This document shows positions 25,797 to 44,222 of a DNA stretch of 64,000 nucleotides, one piece after another. The stretch spans positions 144,028,001-144,092,000 of the forward strand of contig NC_058368.1 in NCBI RefSeq assembly GCF_018350175.1, in the 5' to 3' direction. A program made the position numbers and the translations under genes. The notes beneath the pieces are model-generated. The model saw nothing but the letters and a program-made list of their open reading frames with translations, searched no databases and was not told the origin of the DNA. Every line of letters starts with the position of its first letter. Positions within the stretch are counted from its first letter, which is position 1. The DNA comes from Felis catus. Taxonomy: Eukaryota.

Positions 25797-26159
25797 GTAG
25801 GATAGCAGTTATTTAAATTTTAAAAGAGGGTTTTTTTGAAAGAATGTACTGGTGAATTCTGTGATGTATGAAATGTACTTTTTAGGCTTAGACAATTTGG
25901 TTGAAATATGCACTATGGCTTGGTATCTTAAGTTTACAAAAAGTCTTGTTATGTGAAAACAAATTCTAAAAAGATCTGAACTTTTGAGTTGAATGGATAT
26001 GATTCGTTTATGACATCTTGAGTCCCTAATTTAGAATGAGGCAAAAGTCTAGTTCAACAGGGAAACTCATTGAATATTAGTCCTGAAAATATTTCCATTG
26101 TGTTAGGGTTTTGTTATTTTTCCCCTGCCCCCCTCCCCCCATATCATTTTTCTTTAAAG

Positions 26160-26335
26160 GAGCATAGCACCCAAAGAAGAGAGTATTGGATTGGACAACA
26201 AACTAGGAACTTTAGTTCCTCATTTGCTACTTAATACATCTATGACTTGAAGCATGTTATTTAATCTCTATGGGCTTCAGTTTCCTGTGTAAAAGAAGAG
26301 AACCTGTACGATCTCTAAGGTCCTTTTCAAGCTGC
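26160..26335 (+). mobile_element. MIR
   Basis: Core 'ttatttaatctctatgggcttcagtttcct...gtaaaa'. Confidence 0.65.
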
Positions 26336-27019
26336 AGTTTCTGTGGCTAGCTCCCAACTCAGAGTAGTTCCCTAGGATACATCCTTGTCACCCCAGGCAT
26401 TATGCTGCATCCTGCAACATGAAATGACTATGTTCTGTGCATCATAATATAGGGGAATAAAGCTTAGGATCTCTGTTCTGTCAGTAGGAGCTATTTCATG
26501 AACCTGCCTGTAGTGGCAGAAATACCTTAAGTCCTATACTTTGCTTGTTTTCCTGTTGATGATATCAAGATGTTTTTTGACACTTGGTCACTGACATAGG
26601 GCATATGGCAGCAAGCAGTATGTACAATTTGAGAGTTATAAAGTTGTACTTTCAAGAGTTGTAAATTTCAGAATTTATAAATAGAGTGGCTGGCAGTCTG
26701 GAATCCACTTTACAAAAATGTGTGTTTTAAAATTGCATAAATATGCTGTTTAATCAACATATTTGCATATATACTACATATATAATATACTATGTCAGGG
26801 CTTATATGTATTATAGCATTAATATCTTTATGTAAATAGAAAAGAATGAGTACATAATAGTTGTCCAGGGCATTGACTGATTTTTATGAAATGGGTTTGC
26901 TTTTGTTACTAAGTTTGATCAAGCTATTGAAGAATTTCTAAATGTGTTTTTTTGTTTTTATTGCAAGCATATTTAACAGGAAGTTATATTCTAACGAATA
27001 TGTTACTTTCATGATTTAG

Positions 27020-27142
27020 TGCCTGTAATAGAAGAACACCCGTCTCATGAGCAAATCATTTTGCTTCTTGAAAGCAAAAGTTTTCGTCCTGTTACATTTG
27101 TCTTAAATGCTAATCTACTCGTGAATGTCAAGTTAGTATTTT
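27020..27142 (+). CDS. ZFYVE16: Coding exon 7 ([12 protein letters not shown]...[12 protein letters not shown])
   Basis: atttAG|TGCCTG ... TTT|gtaagt; 123 nt. Confidence 0.95.
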
Positions 27143-27846
27143 GTAAGTAATGATTAATCTTTCTTTGCCTAATTGGTATGCAGAATTTCTGAAGTTAATT
27201 AATTGAATTTTGACTGGCAACTATAAAAAGTAAGCATTGGGTATTGAATTTTTAGCCACAAAGGAATATAGATTTTTTAGATTTATATTCAGCGGAACTT
27301 GAAATGAAAGCTTAAAGATTTCTACTAGTGTCTTTCAGTCAGTCCTAGGTTAAGCTTAATGGCTCCTAGCTGAGCTATATTTTGATATTAATGATATAAT
27401 TGACTGTGTTTCATATAGCTTTTAGATGAATTGAAATTTGGTAATTAAATAAGAATCTTGATTGAGTAGCAATAAAGACAGTTTTAGAGTAAGTGACATG
27501 TGACCTAAGTAAAAATAAGGAAGTAAATAATCCTCAATACTTAACAATGCATCTCTCAGCTTTTCATTCTCTGAAACAAACTTAATTGATTCTTACCCAC
27601 TACATTTCAGCATATTAGTGCATCTTTTATTTTATTTTTTATTTTAGTGTTATTTATTAATTGACTATAAGATAATCTTTCATCCTTTCTTTTACATTAA
27701 TCTTACATAATTTAAAGAGTTTTTTGTGAGGAGAACTTTGGGAAAATAAGGAATTTGAAAAGTTGTGCTTCATGCAAAGGACAACTACATTAGTTTCTAT
27801 GGTTAAAAGAAGTTGACATTTATAGTTGTATGCTTTTATCACTTAA

Positions 27847-28044
<198 letters not shown>

Positions 28045-28521
28045 TAAATTAATTAAAGGCCTTTATGCTTTTGGCTGTGCTAACTGTGCTGAAGATTTAT
28101 TTTGTGAAGAGATTGCTGATGTCTTAAAAGATTTTCAGTCATTTTCAATTTTCATCATTTTCGGTCACCTTAAAACTAGCATTTTATGTAATTAGTGTCT
28201 TTAAACAGTTTTTTTTTTAAATTTTAAAAATAGAAATATATTTGCCTTTTTCATTTTTTTATATATGTCTATATTTTCTTACTATCTGTGTAGGATTGGG
28301 GGAGATAAGAATTTTCACTTGGTCATGCAGTGCAGAGAAAAATTTTAAACCACCTGTGGCTAGAAACATTTTCAAAATTTTGTTCACAATTCTCAGTCTC
28401 CAGGAATAACTGAGCTTTGTACACATAAGTTACTCAATTGATGATGCTTCAAGAGTGGAAATAAAAAAAAATCTACGTTGCTTTTATTTAAGAAAGTTTA
28501 TACTGCAACATTCAAACTTAG

Positions 28522-28806
<285 letters not shown>

Positions 28807-29889
28807 TAGAATAATAAGTTAAATTACATAGGTTCATATGTACTAAATGTAAAATAAGAATTTCAGTGATGTCATTAAAATCAATTTTTTAATGGATTTA
28901 AGGGGACTACTTTTGTTTTGATATATTTTTAAAATTCCAAAACAGCCTTTCTCTACTACCAAATGAACTGTCTAGACAACCTTGGTATATCATGAAGTTT
29001 TAGATGTTGATAGCTATATTAACTTACCTTAAAAAAATTTGTTTTTAAATTTTAGAACAAAACATAGAAAACATTGAAAAGTTTTCTTAAAAGCATATAC
29101 CGTAGGGAGTATATTTTGTTACGTTTCCTACATTTTAAGAAGGTAAATGATTTCCCCTCTAAATTTGTGTACATCATAAAACCAAACATGAAAGATTATG
29201 AAATAATGGTCTGGGCTTATGTATATGGTTATTTCTAAGTTGAAATAATTTCTGGTGTTAAACTTTTTGAATTCCCACCCTTCATCCCTGACTTTTTTCA
29301 AGAAATTATTTATTGCATGTAAAGTATATCTAATGAAATTTTAGGTATTTGATTCTAATTTAATTAAAATAGGTATTTTCTTGGAGGAAAATTAAATGTA
29401 GGGGGTTTATAAAATTTTTAAAATATTTCAAGATGGGCAAATTCAGTGAGATATAAATCTCCCTCTTTGGCAAATTTATTATGCTGTTTGATTTTAGGGG
29501 GAGGTCTTTACCATTTAGGATTTAAACATGTGATGCTATTATGTAAAAAGTAACTAAATTTTATTTCAGGTTTTTTATTGTATAAAGTACAGAGCTTAAG
29601 AAATTTAATTCTGTGTCAGTTATTTCATACATTCAGCCTGACATTTTGTCTCTGATATAAATATTTGAATGCTATTTTTATGAGAAGTTAGGTCAATATA
29701 TAACCTTAAGTCATTATGGAACATATAATATATAACTTTGGCCAGTGTTTTGGTTAGTTTGTTTTTCTCATGCTCAAAGAAGCAAAATCATGGAGCCACT
29801 TGTGGGACTTATCAAAAGATCACAGGGGTTGGAGCCCTAAAGCTATGATAGCTGTTTAGTGATGATGAGGATAAAAATCATGAGTTATA

Positions 29890-30080
29890 CAGGTTTTTCC
29901 TACTACTTGAAAGTAGAACATTCCTATAAAACCTTTTTAAAGCCAAAATGGCATAAAGGAAAGAAGCTATCACAATTTCATAAGCACAAAAATCTGTTTC
30001 ATAGTGAAAACAGGAAGTCACATAGGTCTTTTGTAAAAGCAAAGTGGTATTAAAGCAAACTTGGATGAGGGAGAAACCTG
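29890..30080. mobile_element. Tigger (TcMar) family MITE with TA target-site duplication
   Basis: TA|CAGGTTTTTCC ... GGAGAAACCTG|TA terminal inverted repeats. Confidence 0.75.
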
Positions 30081-30193
30081 TACATACATAGAAGTTAATT
30101 AGTTTTAGCTGTTTTCTGAGTTCTTTATGTATTGCTGGATTTTAGATATAAAGAGGCATGGTGTCATTGCCTCTTTAGGCATGAACTTGGAAG

Positions 30194-30196
<3 letters not shown>

Positions 30197-30240
<44 letters not shown>
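30197..30240. repeat. (TG)n microsatellite
   Basis: Perfect dinucleotide run. Confidence 0.95.
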
Positions 30241-30243
<3 letters not shown>

Positions 30244-30516
30244 GAGAAAATGGATGTATGGAAAATTTAATGACAAAAGTTGGAGTTCCAAGATTAGAGG
30301 ATAGAAATAATGGTCTGAAAGCAGTAATTATTAGAAATAGTAGTAGAAAGTGGGGATTATCTGCACATTTGCATTGAGACCGTTTGTTTGGATTATCATT
30401 CAGTGTTGGATTAGATGATTTAAGAGATCCCCTTGCAACTCTGACAGAACGTTGTCTTTCTAAATAAGCCATAACCTTTGAAAATACTGTTTCAAATAAA
30501 ATTACTTCAAGTTGTA

Positions 30517-30748
30517 GGGGCGCCTGGGTGGCTCAGTCGGTTGAGCGTCTGACTTTGGCTCGGGTCGTGATCTCACAGTTCGTGGGTTCGAGCCACGCAT
30601 CAGGCACTGTGCTGACCGCTTGCTCAGAGCCTGGAGCCTGCTTCAGATTCTGTGTCTCCTACTCTCTCTGCCCCTCCCCCATTTACGCTTTGTCTCACTC
30701 TGTTTCTAAAAAAAAAAATTAATATAAAAAAAAAATTAAAAAAAAATT
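30517..30748 (+). mobile_element. CAN-SINE
   Basis: Sense head; TSD aaaattact(t/c)caagttgta. Confidence 0.92.
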
Positions 30749-31469
30749 ACTCCAAGTTGTAAAGGATGCTCCCTCATTCATAAAAGATGGAGTGAAAAGT
30801 CATCATTTATCTTAATTAGATCACTTATCATTTTAATGTCTTTTACCACTAACGTCTGTGTCTTTTTCCATTCTGCACCCTCTGCCCTCTAAATAACATA
30901 GTTGTCCTTTTAAAAACTAAAAAATATGTTTGTAATAGCAAAGATGTGAGTTGCTCTGACTTAAATTTTAAAAATAGATAATGTCAGGTAATAATGTGTT
31001 TTCTTAGAATATTAAGAAAGAATATTTGTATGACAGGTATGAGAGAGGTTTGTTTAAGAACTAGGCTGAGAACTGAAAGTTAAAATGTTTTCTGCTTCTT
31101 ATTATTATAGAAATGTCTTACCTTCCTTTTCTTCCAGAAGCGTGCTGCACTGCTAACCAAATACCTTTTTCTTTTGGTGAATAATATTTATAGTGCCTTA
31201 AAGAAAGAGAAAAGTAGTTAGGTGATAGACTCCACCTTTCTTCTGTTTCTTTGCATTGATTTTTTTGACTCTGTGTACCCCTTTTATCATGCTGACCCAA
31301 GAACTATAAAAGTTTACTACCATCTGTAAATTAGCACAATTGAATATTAATTTTAAATGTCTTAAAAATCCTGAATTATTCATTTCTGCTTAAATTGTCA
31401 GAACTTTATAGGGGTATATCAGATCACTAATTTTCCAGCCATTATCGTTTTGTGAAATCAACATGTATA

Positions 31470-31690
31470 ATGAAAAGATTAAATACTTTGGAATGAAGCA
31501 AGCCTAATTTCAAATCTGTTTCACTGGTGATTAACTTAGTCACCACAATTTTATTAATTTCTGTGTCTCTCCTCTCCCATTTGTAAAGTATGGGTAGACA
31601 TACTTGCCTCACTGGGTTGTTTTAGGGCTTAAATAAGATAATGTATATAAAGTTTGCAGTTCAGTGTAACCTCCAGTAAATACACACTAT
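31470..31690 (+). mobile_element. MIR
   Basis: 'catttgtaaagtatggg...cttgcctcactgggttgtt...aaataagataatgtatataaag'. Confidence 0.65.
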
Positions 31691-31834
31691 GGGTTAATGT
31701 ATCTCTTACTTTCCCCAGAGAACTGATTGGGTGGTATCTATCCATAATCTTTGAAAAATGAGAATTAGAAGTAATAAATTCAAGACCTTTTGGGGGTTTA
31801 TTGATGGTAACCAGTTTTCCTTTCTTACGTATAG

Positions 31835-31917
31835 TATATCCTGCTCCTCTAACAAGTATCAGAGGCCGAAAACCTCTTTTTGGAGAAATAGGACATACTA
31901 TTATGAACTTACTTGTT
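31835..31917 (+). CDS. ZFYVE16: Coding exon 10 ([27 protein letters not shown])
   Basis: gtatAG|TATATC ... GTT|gtgagt; 83 nt. Confidence 0.96.
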
Positions 31918-32680
31918 GTGAGTAATCAAACAATTAAGTGTTCTTACATTGTTAACTTTAATATTTTATTTAGCATATTTTATATGTTTGTATTTTCCTC
32001 TATTAATTTGGCATATTTGGTATAATGAGAGTTTGTTTATAATATATCTTTATTTAGATAAATGGGCTCTGTTTCTAATGGATTGCTTTTTAGAATACAT
32101 CTCTTAATTTATGTGTACCTGATTCTAATTGCCTTTTGATTCATTCTGCTGCATTGCTAACACATTTAGGTAATGTGAGATCTACACAGTTATTGAAGTG
32201 TTAGTAAAAGTAATTAGTAACAATGTTAGTAAAGTCAGTCAGTTTGGTGATTTTGAGCAAATTGTGGCCTGAGTTTCCTCATTTGTAATAGGAAGGATTG
32301 GATTAGATAATCTCAGGTTCCCTTCTACCTTTACTTTAAATAATTGTTTTATTTGTAACCATAAAAAAGTATTTGAGTGGACTTATTTTTAATTTATACA
32401 TGTTTACTTTGAAGACTTATTTTGGAAGATTTGTAATTAGAAAGAGGACATCACCCCTAAATACTACAGAATTTTTCCTGAGAATGATATTCTTTATTAC
32501 TATTGTGGAGTAGCTGGGAGAATTAGTTGGTTTTTCAAGTTGGTACTACTTTCTGTATGGCATTTTGATAGTTATATATCACAAGTCTTAAAATGATGGA
32601 CATTCTTAAAAAAGTATTTAATGGGTAAAATGCTCATGGATAGTTTAAGGTTTATGGAAATGTCATTATTTTATATGTAG

Positions 32681-32812
<132 letters not shown>

Positions 32813-32911
32813 TGAAGATAATTATTGAACATTAGATTTCTTTAAAGGTGTGTTAAATTTGTTTTGAATCAGACTAATACATAATGGCAAAAAATAATAT
32901 TTTTGAAATTA

Positions 32912-35929
<3,018 letters not shown>

Positions 35930-36505
35930 ACTTCCACTTTTTTAAACACGTCATAACATGTATTCCATTCTGCACCTTGCTTTTTCTTTTAGCACATCTT
36001 GGAGATGATTCTGTGTTAGTATAAAAAGAACTTTTGTATTCTACGTAACTTTACACTTTTTATGTGTTCATCATTCATTTATTTGTTCCTTATTAATGGA
36101 CATAGTGAGTACCAATTCTTGGTTATTTATAAAAATGTACTATGAATAACCTTGTATATGTATATATTCTTGGTAGTGGAATTGCAATTTTAATAGGTAA
36201 TTATCAAGTTGTCTTCCATAGAGGTTGCTCTGATTTATGGTCTTACCATTAGTGGATGTTTGATTTCCCATTCTCTGACATAGACACAAACATTTTAAGT
36301 AGTACAGTAGCCATCAATTATTAGATACAAATATTACCTAACCTTTATGCAGTATTTTTTATCTTAATTTGGTCTAGTTTTTTTTTATTAGCTTTCTAAT
36401 ATAAGTGGTATGGTATGGGCATGGCATTTATCGAGTGCTTAAATATGCCATGCTCCACATTATACATTTAACAAATATATAGTATTTCAAAAAAAGGTAA
36501 CATTA

Positions 36506-36858
<353 letters not shown>

Positions 36859-36899
36859 TAAAGATGTTTTCCATTTCCTTTTAAAATGTATTTGACACA

Positions 36900-38500
36900 A
36901 AAGAACATATGTAAGTTAGAAAGCACACTACCACAAATTTATATGAAATCATTACCCAACTCAAGAACCAGAATATGGCCAATATTTGGGTCTACCTTAA
37001 GCATAACAACTCTGCCATAGGCTGCACGTTCTGCCTGTACAGAGCCTAACGGTCAGTCTGAGGTGAGAACTTAGGGTGTTTCCTTAGCATGCACACACCC
37101 TGATCATGCACACAGTATTGTACATGTGTGTGGCCTTCTAAATTCCCAGAAATATGTTAGAGCTTTTCAAAACCTTATGGCCATCGCATTCTCCAGCTTT
37201 TCCTTTTTAGTGTTTGGTTGGCCTATTGTTTGCCTCTTCTGTTCATCTGCTGCACAGGTGGCTCCACTGTTAATCATTGGTCTCTAATTGTTTTTGACAA
37301 ATGCTCCCTGAGAAAGGCCTTTTTGTACTGGGCAAAATACCCAAGTCAAAATTATCAATTCTCTGGTAATGAGACTTTGAAGGAGCTCTGATCTCCTTTT
37401 GCCCTTTCCTGTGGCTACCAGGCTTTTGGTTCTTACCATGATTGTAGGCTGTTGGTTTTTAAGGCTTCCACTCAGCTAGAGAGGGGAGGATGGGAATAGG
37501 AAAGTTAAAATGACAGAAAGCCCAAAGCTTGCTGTTTTTATGAAGATCCAGCCATTTTTCTTGAATAAATATCCCCCAGATTGCTGCAAGACTTTAGTTA
37601 ATTTCCAGAGTTCTGAAAAAGTTTCTTGTGACATTAGTTCCCTTGTTCTTTTTATGGAGGAGAGTATTTTGGGAGATTCTTAAGTCTGCTTTTTCACTAA
37701 TGTCCTCGTACTATCTCAAACATAGGTTTATAGGAAATTCTCCTATCTTTGGTGCCATGCACATACTTTATTCTTTTTTTTAGTAGTGCCTTGGCCACTT
37801 TAAGCCTTTCAGTTTTCCACATTAAATTTGGGACCAACTTGTCAGGTCCTAATGGTCCATTGGAATTTTTATTGGAATTGCGTTAAATCAATTAGTTTAA
37901 TTTTGAGAAAAACTGACTTATTTTCCATTCTCAGTGTTCCTATCCATAAAAATGGGCTATCCTTAATTTAGGTAATGTTCAATGTCTTTTAGTGAAATTA
38001 TATAGGGGCACCTGGGTGGCTCAGTCAGAAGACCATGCAACTCTTGATCTCAGGGTTGGGGGTTTGAGCCCCATATTGGGTGTAGAGATTATTTAAAAAT
38101 AAAATCTTTTAAAAAATTAAAAACTTAAATTTTATAGTTTTTGTATAGGTCTTGCATGTCTTCTTTTGATTTATTTCTGTAACAGATTTTATTGCTGATG
38201 TAAATGTATCTTTTTAAAGTTTTTGTTTTGATGTATAGAAATTCATTTATTTCTGTATTTTTATCTTATAACCAGTAACACTGCTGAATTCTCATTGTTT
38301 ACAATAATTTACCTATAGATCTTTTTAGAGTTTTCTGTATAGCTCAGTATATCATATTTTAATAATGGTAATTTTGCTTATTTCTTTACAGTCCATCTGG
38401 CTTTTATTTTTCTTGATTATTGGCTAGGTCTACCAGTTGAAGCAGTGAATGTAAATGCTCTTGTCTAGATCCATGTTTGTCAAATAATACCTTTTAAAAA
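36900..38500 (-). mobile_element. Old L1M fragments (with a short sense SINE at about 38005-38120)
   Basis: 'ggaatttttattggaattgcgttaaatc' and other degraded antisense L1 motifs. Confidence 0.6.
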
Positions 38501-38619
38501 TAAGTGAGCTTTTATGATTCAATTTTGTGTGCCATCTCTGTCATTCTGATAATGGATGTGAGGTATCCAATTATATTTTTTCTTATTTCTTATCACATAT
38601 CTTCAGGCTTTTTAAATGT

Positions 38620-38919
38620 TTTGGGGTTTTTTGTTTGTTTCATCATGGTAAGTGTACTGCTTAATCCCTGTCACCTATTACACCCATCCACCTCCTCTGT
38701 AGTAACTATCAGTTTGTTCTCTACACTTAAGAGTCTGTTTCTTGGTTTATCTCTTTTTTTTCTTTCCTTATTTGTTTTGTTTCTTTAATTCCACATATGA
38801 GTGAAATCATGTTGTATTTGTCTTTCTCTGATTGACTTACTTTGCGTAGCATTATACTCTCTACCTCTATCCACATTGTTGCAGAGGGCAAGATTTCATT
38901 TTTTTATGGCTGAGTAATA

Positions 38920-38973
<54 letters not shown>

Positions 38974-41540
38974 CACATCTTCTTTATCTGTTTGTCTGTC
39001 AGTGGACACTTGGGCTGCTTCCATAGTTTGGCTATTGTAAATAATGCTGCTTTAAACAAAGGGGTGCATGTATCCTTTGAATTAGTGTTTTTTATTTATT
39101 TTTTGGGTAAATATCTATTAGTGAGGTTATTGGATTATAGGGTAGTTCTATTTTTAATTTTTTGAGGAACCACCCTGCTACCTTCCACAGTGGCTGCACC
39201 ACTTTGCCTTACTACCAGCAGTACACAAGGATTCCTTTTTCTCCACATCTTCACCAACCCCTCTTGTTACTTGTGTTGTGGATTTTAACCATTCTCACAG
39301 GTATGAGGTGATATCTCATTGTGGTTTTGATTTGCATTTGCCTGATGATGAGTGATGTTGAGCATCTTTTCATGTGTCTATTGGCCATCTGGATGTCTTC
39401 TTCAGAGAAATGTCTGCCCATGTCTTCTGCCCATTTTTAAATTGGAATATTTGTTTTTTGGGGTGTTGAGCTGTATATGTTCTTTATATATTTTGGATAC
39501 TAACCCTTTATCAGAAATATCATTTGCAAATACATTCGGCCATTCAGGATGTTGCCTTTTAATTTCGTTGTGTTTACTGTGCAGAAACTTTTTGTTTTGA
39601 TGTAGTCTCAATAGTTTATTTTTACTTAGATTTCTCTTGACTCAGGAGACATATCTAGAAAAATGTTGCTGTTGCCTATGTCAGAGAAATTACTGTCTGT
39701 GCTCTCTTCAAGGATTTTTATGGTTTCAGGTCTCACATTTAGGTCTTTAATCTGTTTTGAGTTTATTTTTGTGTATGGTATAAGAAAGTGGTCCAGTTTC
39801 ATTCCTTTTTTTTTTTTTTTTTTTTTTTTAAGACAGAGCATGTGCATGCATGAGCAGGGAAGGGGGAGAGGGAGAGGGAGGGAGAGAATCATAAAGCAGG
39901 TTCCATGCCTAGCATGAAGCCCAAAGTGGGGCTTGATTATGCAACCGTAGATCATGACCTGAGCCAAAATCAAGAGTTGGATGCTTAACCAGCTGAGTCA
40001 CCCGGGCACCCCCCCAGTTTCATTCTTTTGCATGTAGCTGTCCAGTTTCCCCAGTATCATTTATTGAAGAGACTGTCATTTTCGTTATTTATTCATCCCT
40101 CCTTTGTCAAGGATTAATTGACCATATAATTGTGGGCTTATTTCTGGGTTTTCTCTTCTATTCCACTGATCTATGTGTATATTTTTATGCTAGTACCATT
40201 CTGTTTTAATTACTACTGCTTTGTAATATAATTTGAAGTCTGAAATTGTGATACCTCCAGTTTTGTTTGTCTTCTTCAAGATTGCTTTGGCTACTCAGGG
40301 TCATTTCTGGTTCCATACAAATTATAGAATTGTTTGTTCTAGTTATGTGAAAAATGCTGTAGGTATCTTGATAGGGATTACATGAAATCTGTAGATTGCT
40401 TTGGGTAGTATAGACCTTTAAACAATGTTTGTTCTTCCACCCCATGGGCATGGAATGTCTTTCCATTTCTTTGTATCATCTTGAATTTCTTTTGTCAGTG
40501 TTTTGTAGTTTTAAGAGTACAGATCTTTCACTTCTTTGGTTAAGTTTATTCCTAGATATTTTATTGTTCTTGGTGCAATTGCCTTGTTTTCCTTTTTTTT
40601 AAATTTTTTTTGTTTATTTTTGAGAGAGAGCGAGCGAGCAGTAGCGGGGGAGGGGCAGAGAGGGAGACAGAATCCAAAAGCAGGCTTCAGTCCCTGAGCG
40701 GTCAGCACAGAGCCTGACATAGGGCTTGAACTCACAAGCTGTGAGATCATGACCTGAGCTGAAGTCAGACACTTAATTGACTGAACCACCCAGGTGCCCC
40801 TGTTTTTGGTGCAGTTGTAAATGGGATTGTTTCCTTAATTTTACTCTGTGTTTATTAGTGTATAGGAACACGACCAATTTCTGTACATTGGTTTTGTATC
40901 CTGAGACTTCACTGAAGTTACTTATCAGTTCTAGTTAAGTTTTTGGTGGAGTCTTTTAAGATTTAAAAAAAAAATTTTAATGTGTATTTATTTTTGAGAG
41001 AGGGAGAGAGATAGAGCATGAGTAGGGGAGGGGCAGCAGGAGAGGGAGACACAGAATCTGAAGCAGGCTCCAGGCTCTGAGCTGTCAGCACAGAGTCTGA
41101 CACGGGACTTGAATTCAGGAACGAGATCATGACCTGAGGCAAAGTTGGACACTTAACCGACTGAGCCACCCAGGCACCCCTAAGATTTTTAATATATAGT
41201 ATTATGTCATCTGCAAATAGTGAGAGTTTTACTTCTTCCTTACCAGTTTGGATGCCTTTAATTTCTTCATGTTCTTTAATTGCTGTGGCTAGGACTTCCA
41301 TTACTATGTTGAATAAAAGTGGGGAGAATGAACATCCTTGTCTTATTCCAGACCTTAGGGGTAAAGCTCTCAGTTTTTCACCATGGAGTATGATACTGGC
41401 CTTTATTTCATATAAGGCCTTTATTAAGTTGAGGGATGTTCCCTCTAGACTTCCTTTAGAGAGGGTTTTTATCATAAATAGATGTTGTAATTTGCTGAGT
41501 GCTTTTTCTGAATCTATTGAAATTATTGTAGGCTTTTTCA
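38620..41540 (-). mobile_element. Carnivore L1 (L1_Carn-like), 5'-truncated within the RT domain; carries three SINEs and a (TG)n tract
   Basis: Minus ORF2 remnant IISIDSEKA...[14 protein letters not shown]...[12 protein letters not shown]; carnivore-type 3' end 'ccacatatgagtgaaatcat'. Confidence 0.92.
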
Positions 41541-41599
41541 TGTTTTACTTTTTTGTGGTGGGTTTTGATTTTGCTCCATTTTTCAGGGCAGCATTTTGT

Positions 41600-43880
41600 C
41601 CTATGACCTCAGTCCTCTGACCTAAGAGTTGTTCATTTTCAGTTTGTTCAGTATTTTTCTTCTTGTAAGAATGGGAGTGACAACTTCAAGCTCTTTATAT
41701 GTTGGAGTAGACACTAGATGTCAGTATCATTTTTTGTAATACCAGTTGGCTGGCTTTTGTTGATCTGAAGCTGTATTTATTTCTTATTTTTCAAGGATAT
41801 TTTTGTTAGATTTAGAATTCTTTGAAAGTTTTAATCTTTTTTTTAAATTTTTTTTTTTAACATTTTATTTATTTTTGAGACAGGGAGAGACAGAGCATGA
41901 ATGGGGGAGGGTCAGAGACAGAGGGAGACACAGACTGAAACAGGCTCCAGGCTCTGAGCTGTCAGCACAGAGCCCGACGCAGGGCTCGAACTCACGGACC
42001 GTGAGATCATGACCTGAGCCAAAGTGGGACGCTTAACCGACTGAGCCACCCAGGCGCCCCTGAAAGTTTTAATCTTCGTTAAAGATGTCATCTTGTCTAT
42101 TGGCCTCCATTGCTTCTAATGAAAAGTCAGCATATTTTTTTACATTTGTTTCCCCATATTTAATGTGCCCTTTTCTCCAGATGTTTTCAAGATATCCTTT
42201 TTATCTTTGGTTTTCACCAGTTTTACTGTGATGTGCCTTTATGTGGTTTTCTTTATATTTTTCCTGCTTGGCATTTATGGAGCTTCTTGAATATGGGTCA
42301 ATGTTTGTCATCAAATCTTGGGTACTTCCTACCATTTTTTTTTTAAATATTCCTATCTTTTCCTCCTGGGAGATATCTATATATTTTTATCTGTATATAT
42401 GTATATGTATATTTATATCTGTATCTCTTTTATACCATCCCTTGGGTCCTTGATGTTCTGTTTATTTTTCTTTAATCATTTTTCTCTGGATAATTTTCAT
42501 TGACCTTTCTTCATGTTCTCTGAGTCTTTTTTTTTTTTTTTTTTGCCATCTTCAATCTACTATTCAGCTTATCCATTGAGGTTTCAGTTTCAAGTTACAC
42601 TTTTCAGTTCTAGAATTTCCCTTTGGTTTTTTTTTTTAGTCTCTATTTCTGTTAATATTTTTTTTAATGTTTATTCATTTAGCCCATATTTGCTTTTCAT
42701 TCTTTGAAAGTTTTGCTTTAGGTCTTTAAATATATTTTAGAATAGATGTTTTCAAGTGTGTGTTTAATACAGCATCTTGGCTATCTATCTATCTCATGGT
42801 TGGTTTCAGTTGTTTAGAGGCTCATATTTTCTTGTAGTTCTCTCTGGTAATTTTTGATTATATACTTGTCACTGTTAATATGCTTAGAGACTTTAGATTC
42901 TATTAACTTTTTCTGAAGAAGGTTTATATTTAAGCAGGCATTTTCCTGGCAAATCATGTTGAGTTTGTGTAGTCTGTATTTTTCACTTTGTTAACAGATG
43001 GATCTGTGGAACTCCTAAGTTGTTTACAATCTGGCAGGACTCTTCTCCAAATCTGTTTTGCCTACAGATTTTGTAAGGGCTTTGGTTTTTGTTTGTTTGT
43101 TTTTGTTTTGCCACAGTGCAAGTTAATGAGATGTTAATAAGGTCTCTCTACTTTAGTTGGTCCAGAATGTCAGTATCTCCCAGCATTGCTTGGTTTCTAG
43201 TATCTCTGTTATGTTCCAAGCCTAATAGCTATTCTCTGTTAGGCTTCATCTAATCTAACTCGAATACTGTGTCCGCAATTCTTGTCCAAGGACTCAAAGG
43301 GATCCTTACACACAGTCATCTGGTGTCTCCCCCTTCAGTGCTTGACCCCAGATTCCAGGCTTCCCCAAACTTATCTCTGACTTCTCAGCCCAGTAATGGC
43401 CATTGTAGGTTTAATGGGTCACCATGCAGAAATTGTCTTGAAGCCTAGAACCTGGGCAATTGTGGGTGTACCTGTTGAGTTTTCCTCTAGGAATCACAGT
43501 ATTACACTTCATGTTGTTCACTACCTGAAAACAATTACCTCATATATTTTGTCTAGTTTTATGACTGGTTGTTATGATAGGCAGTTTGGCATCAGTAATT
43601 TCATCATAGTAATGAAAATTCTTTCCATTGTTTGTTTTTTTTTTTTAAAAGAGGGGGGCGCTTGTGTGGCTCAGTTGGTTAAGCTTTGACTCTTAATTTT
43701 GGCTCAGGTCATGATCTCTTGGTTCATGAGACTGAGCCCCATGTCAAGGTATGTGCTAATAGCACGGAGCCCGCTTGGGATTCTCTCACTCTCCCTTTCT
43801 CTCTGCCCTTCCCCCACTTACACTCACTCTTTTTCTCTCTCAAAATAAATAAACATTACAAAAAGTTTAAAAAAGAATCC
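41600..43880. mobile_element. Old antisense L1 5'/ORF1-region remnant with CAN-SINEs at 41840-42060 (-) and 43653-43875 (+)
   Basis: T-rich degraded L1-like text; SINE motifs. Confidence 0.55.
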
Positions 43881-44042
43881 TTAACTTTGAAATACTTTTA
43901 TTTCTTAGTAGAGAATCATTAAAATCATTTAACAGATGATACAAAGCTTGTATCTTGTGCAGAACATATTTTGATAGCAAATTTTATGGATTAGATATAT
44001 AAATTGATATTTAATAAAAGGAATGAAACAACTCATGAGTGA

Positions 44043-44222
<180 letters not shown>

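Noticed and set aside
40963..41541. 192-aa ORF with reverse-transcriptase motifs (LFADD)
   Set aside because: Decayed L1 ORF2 fragment running into a SINE; not an intact or novel RT system.
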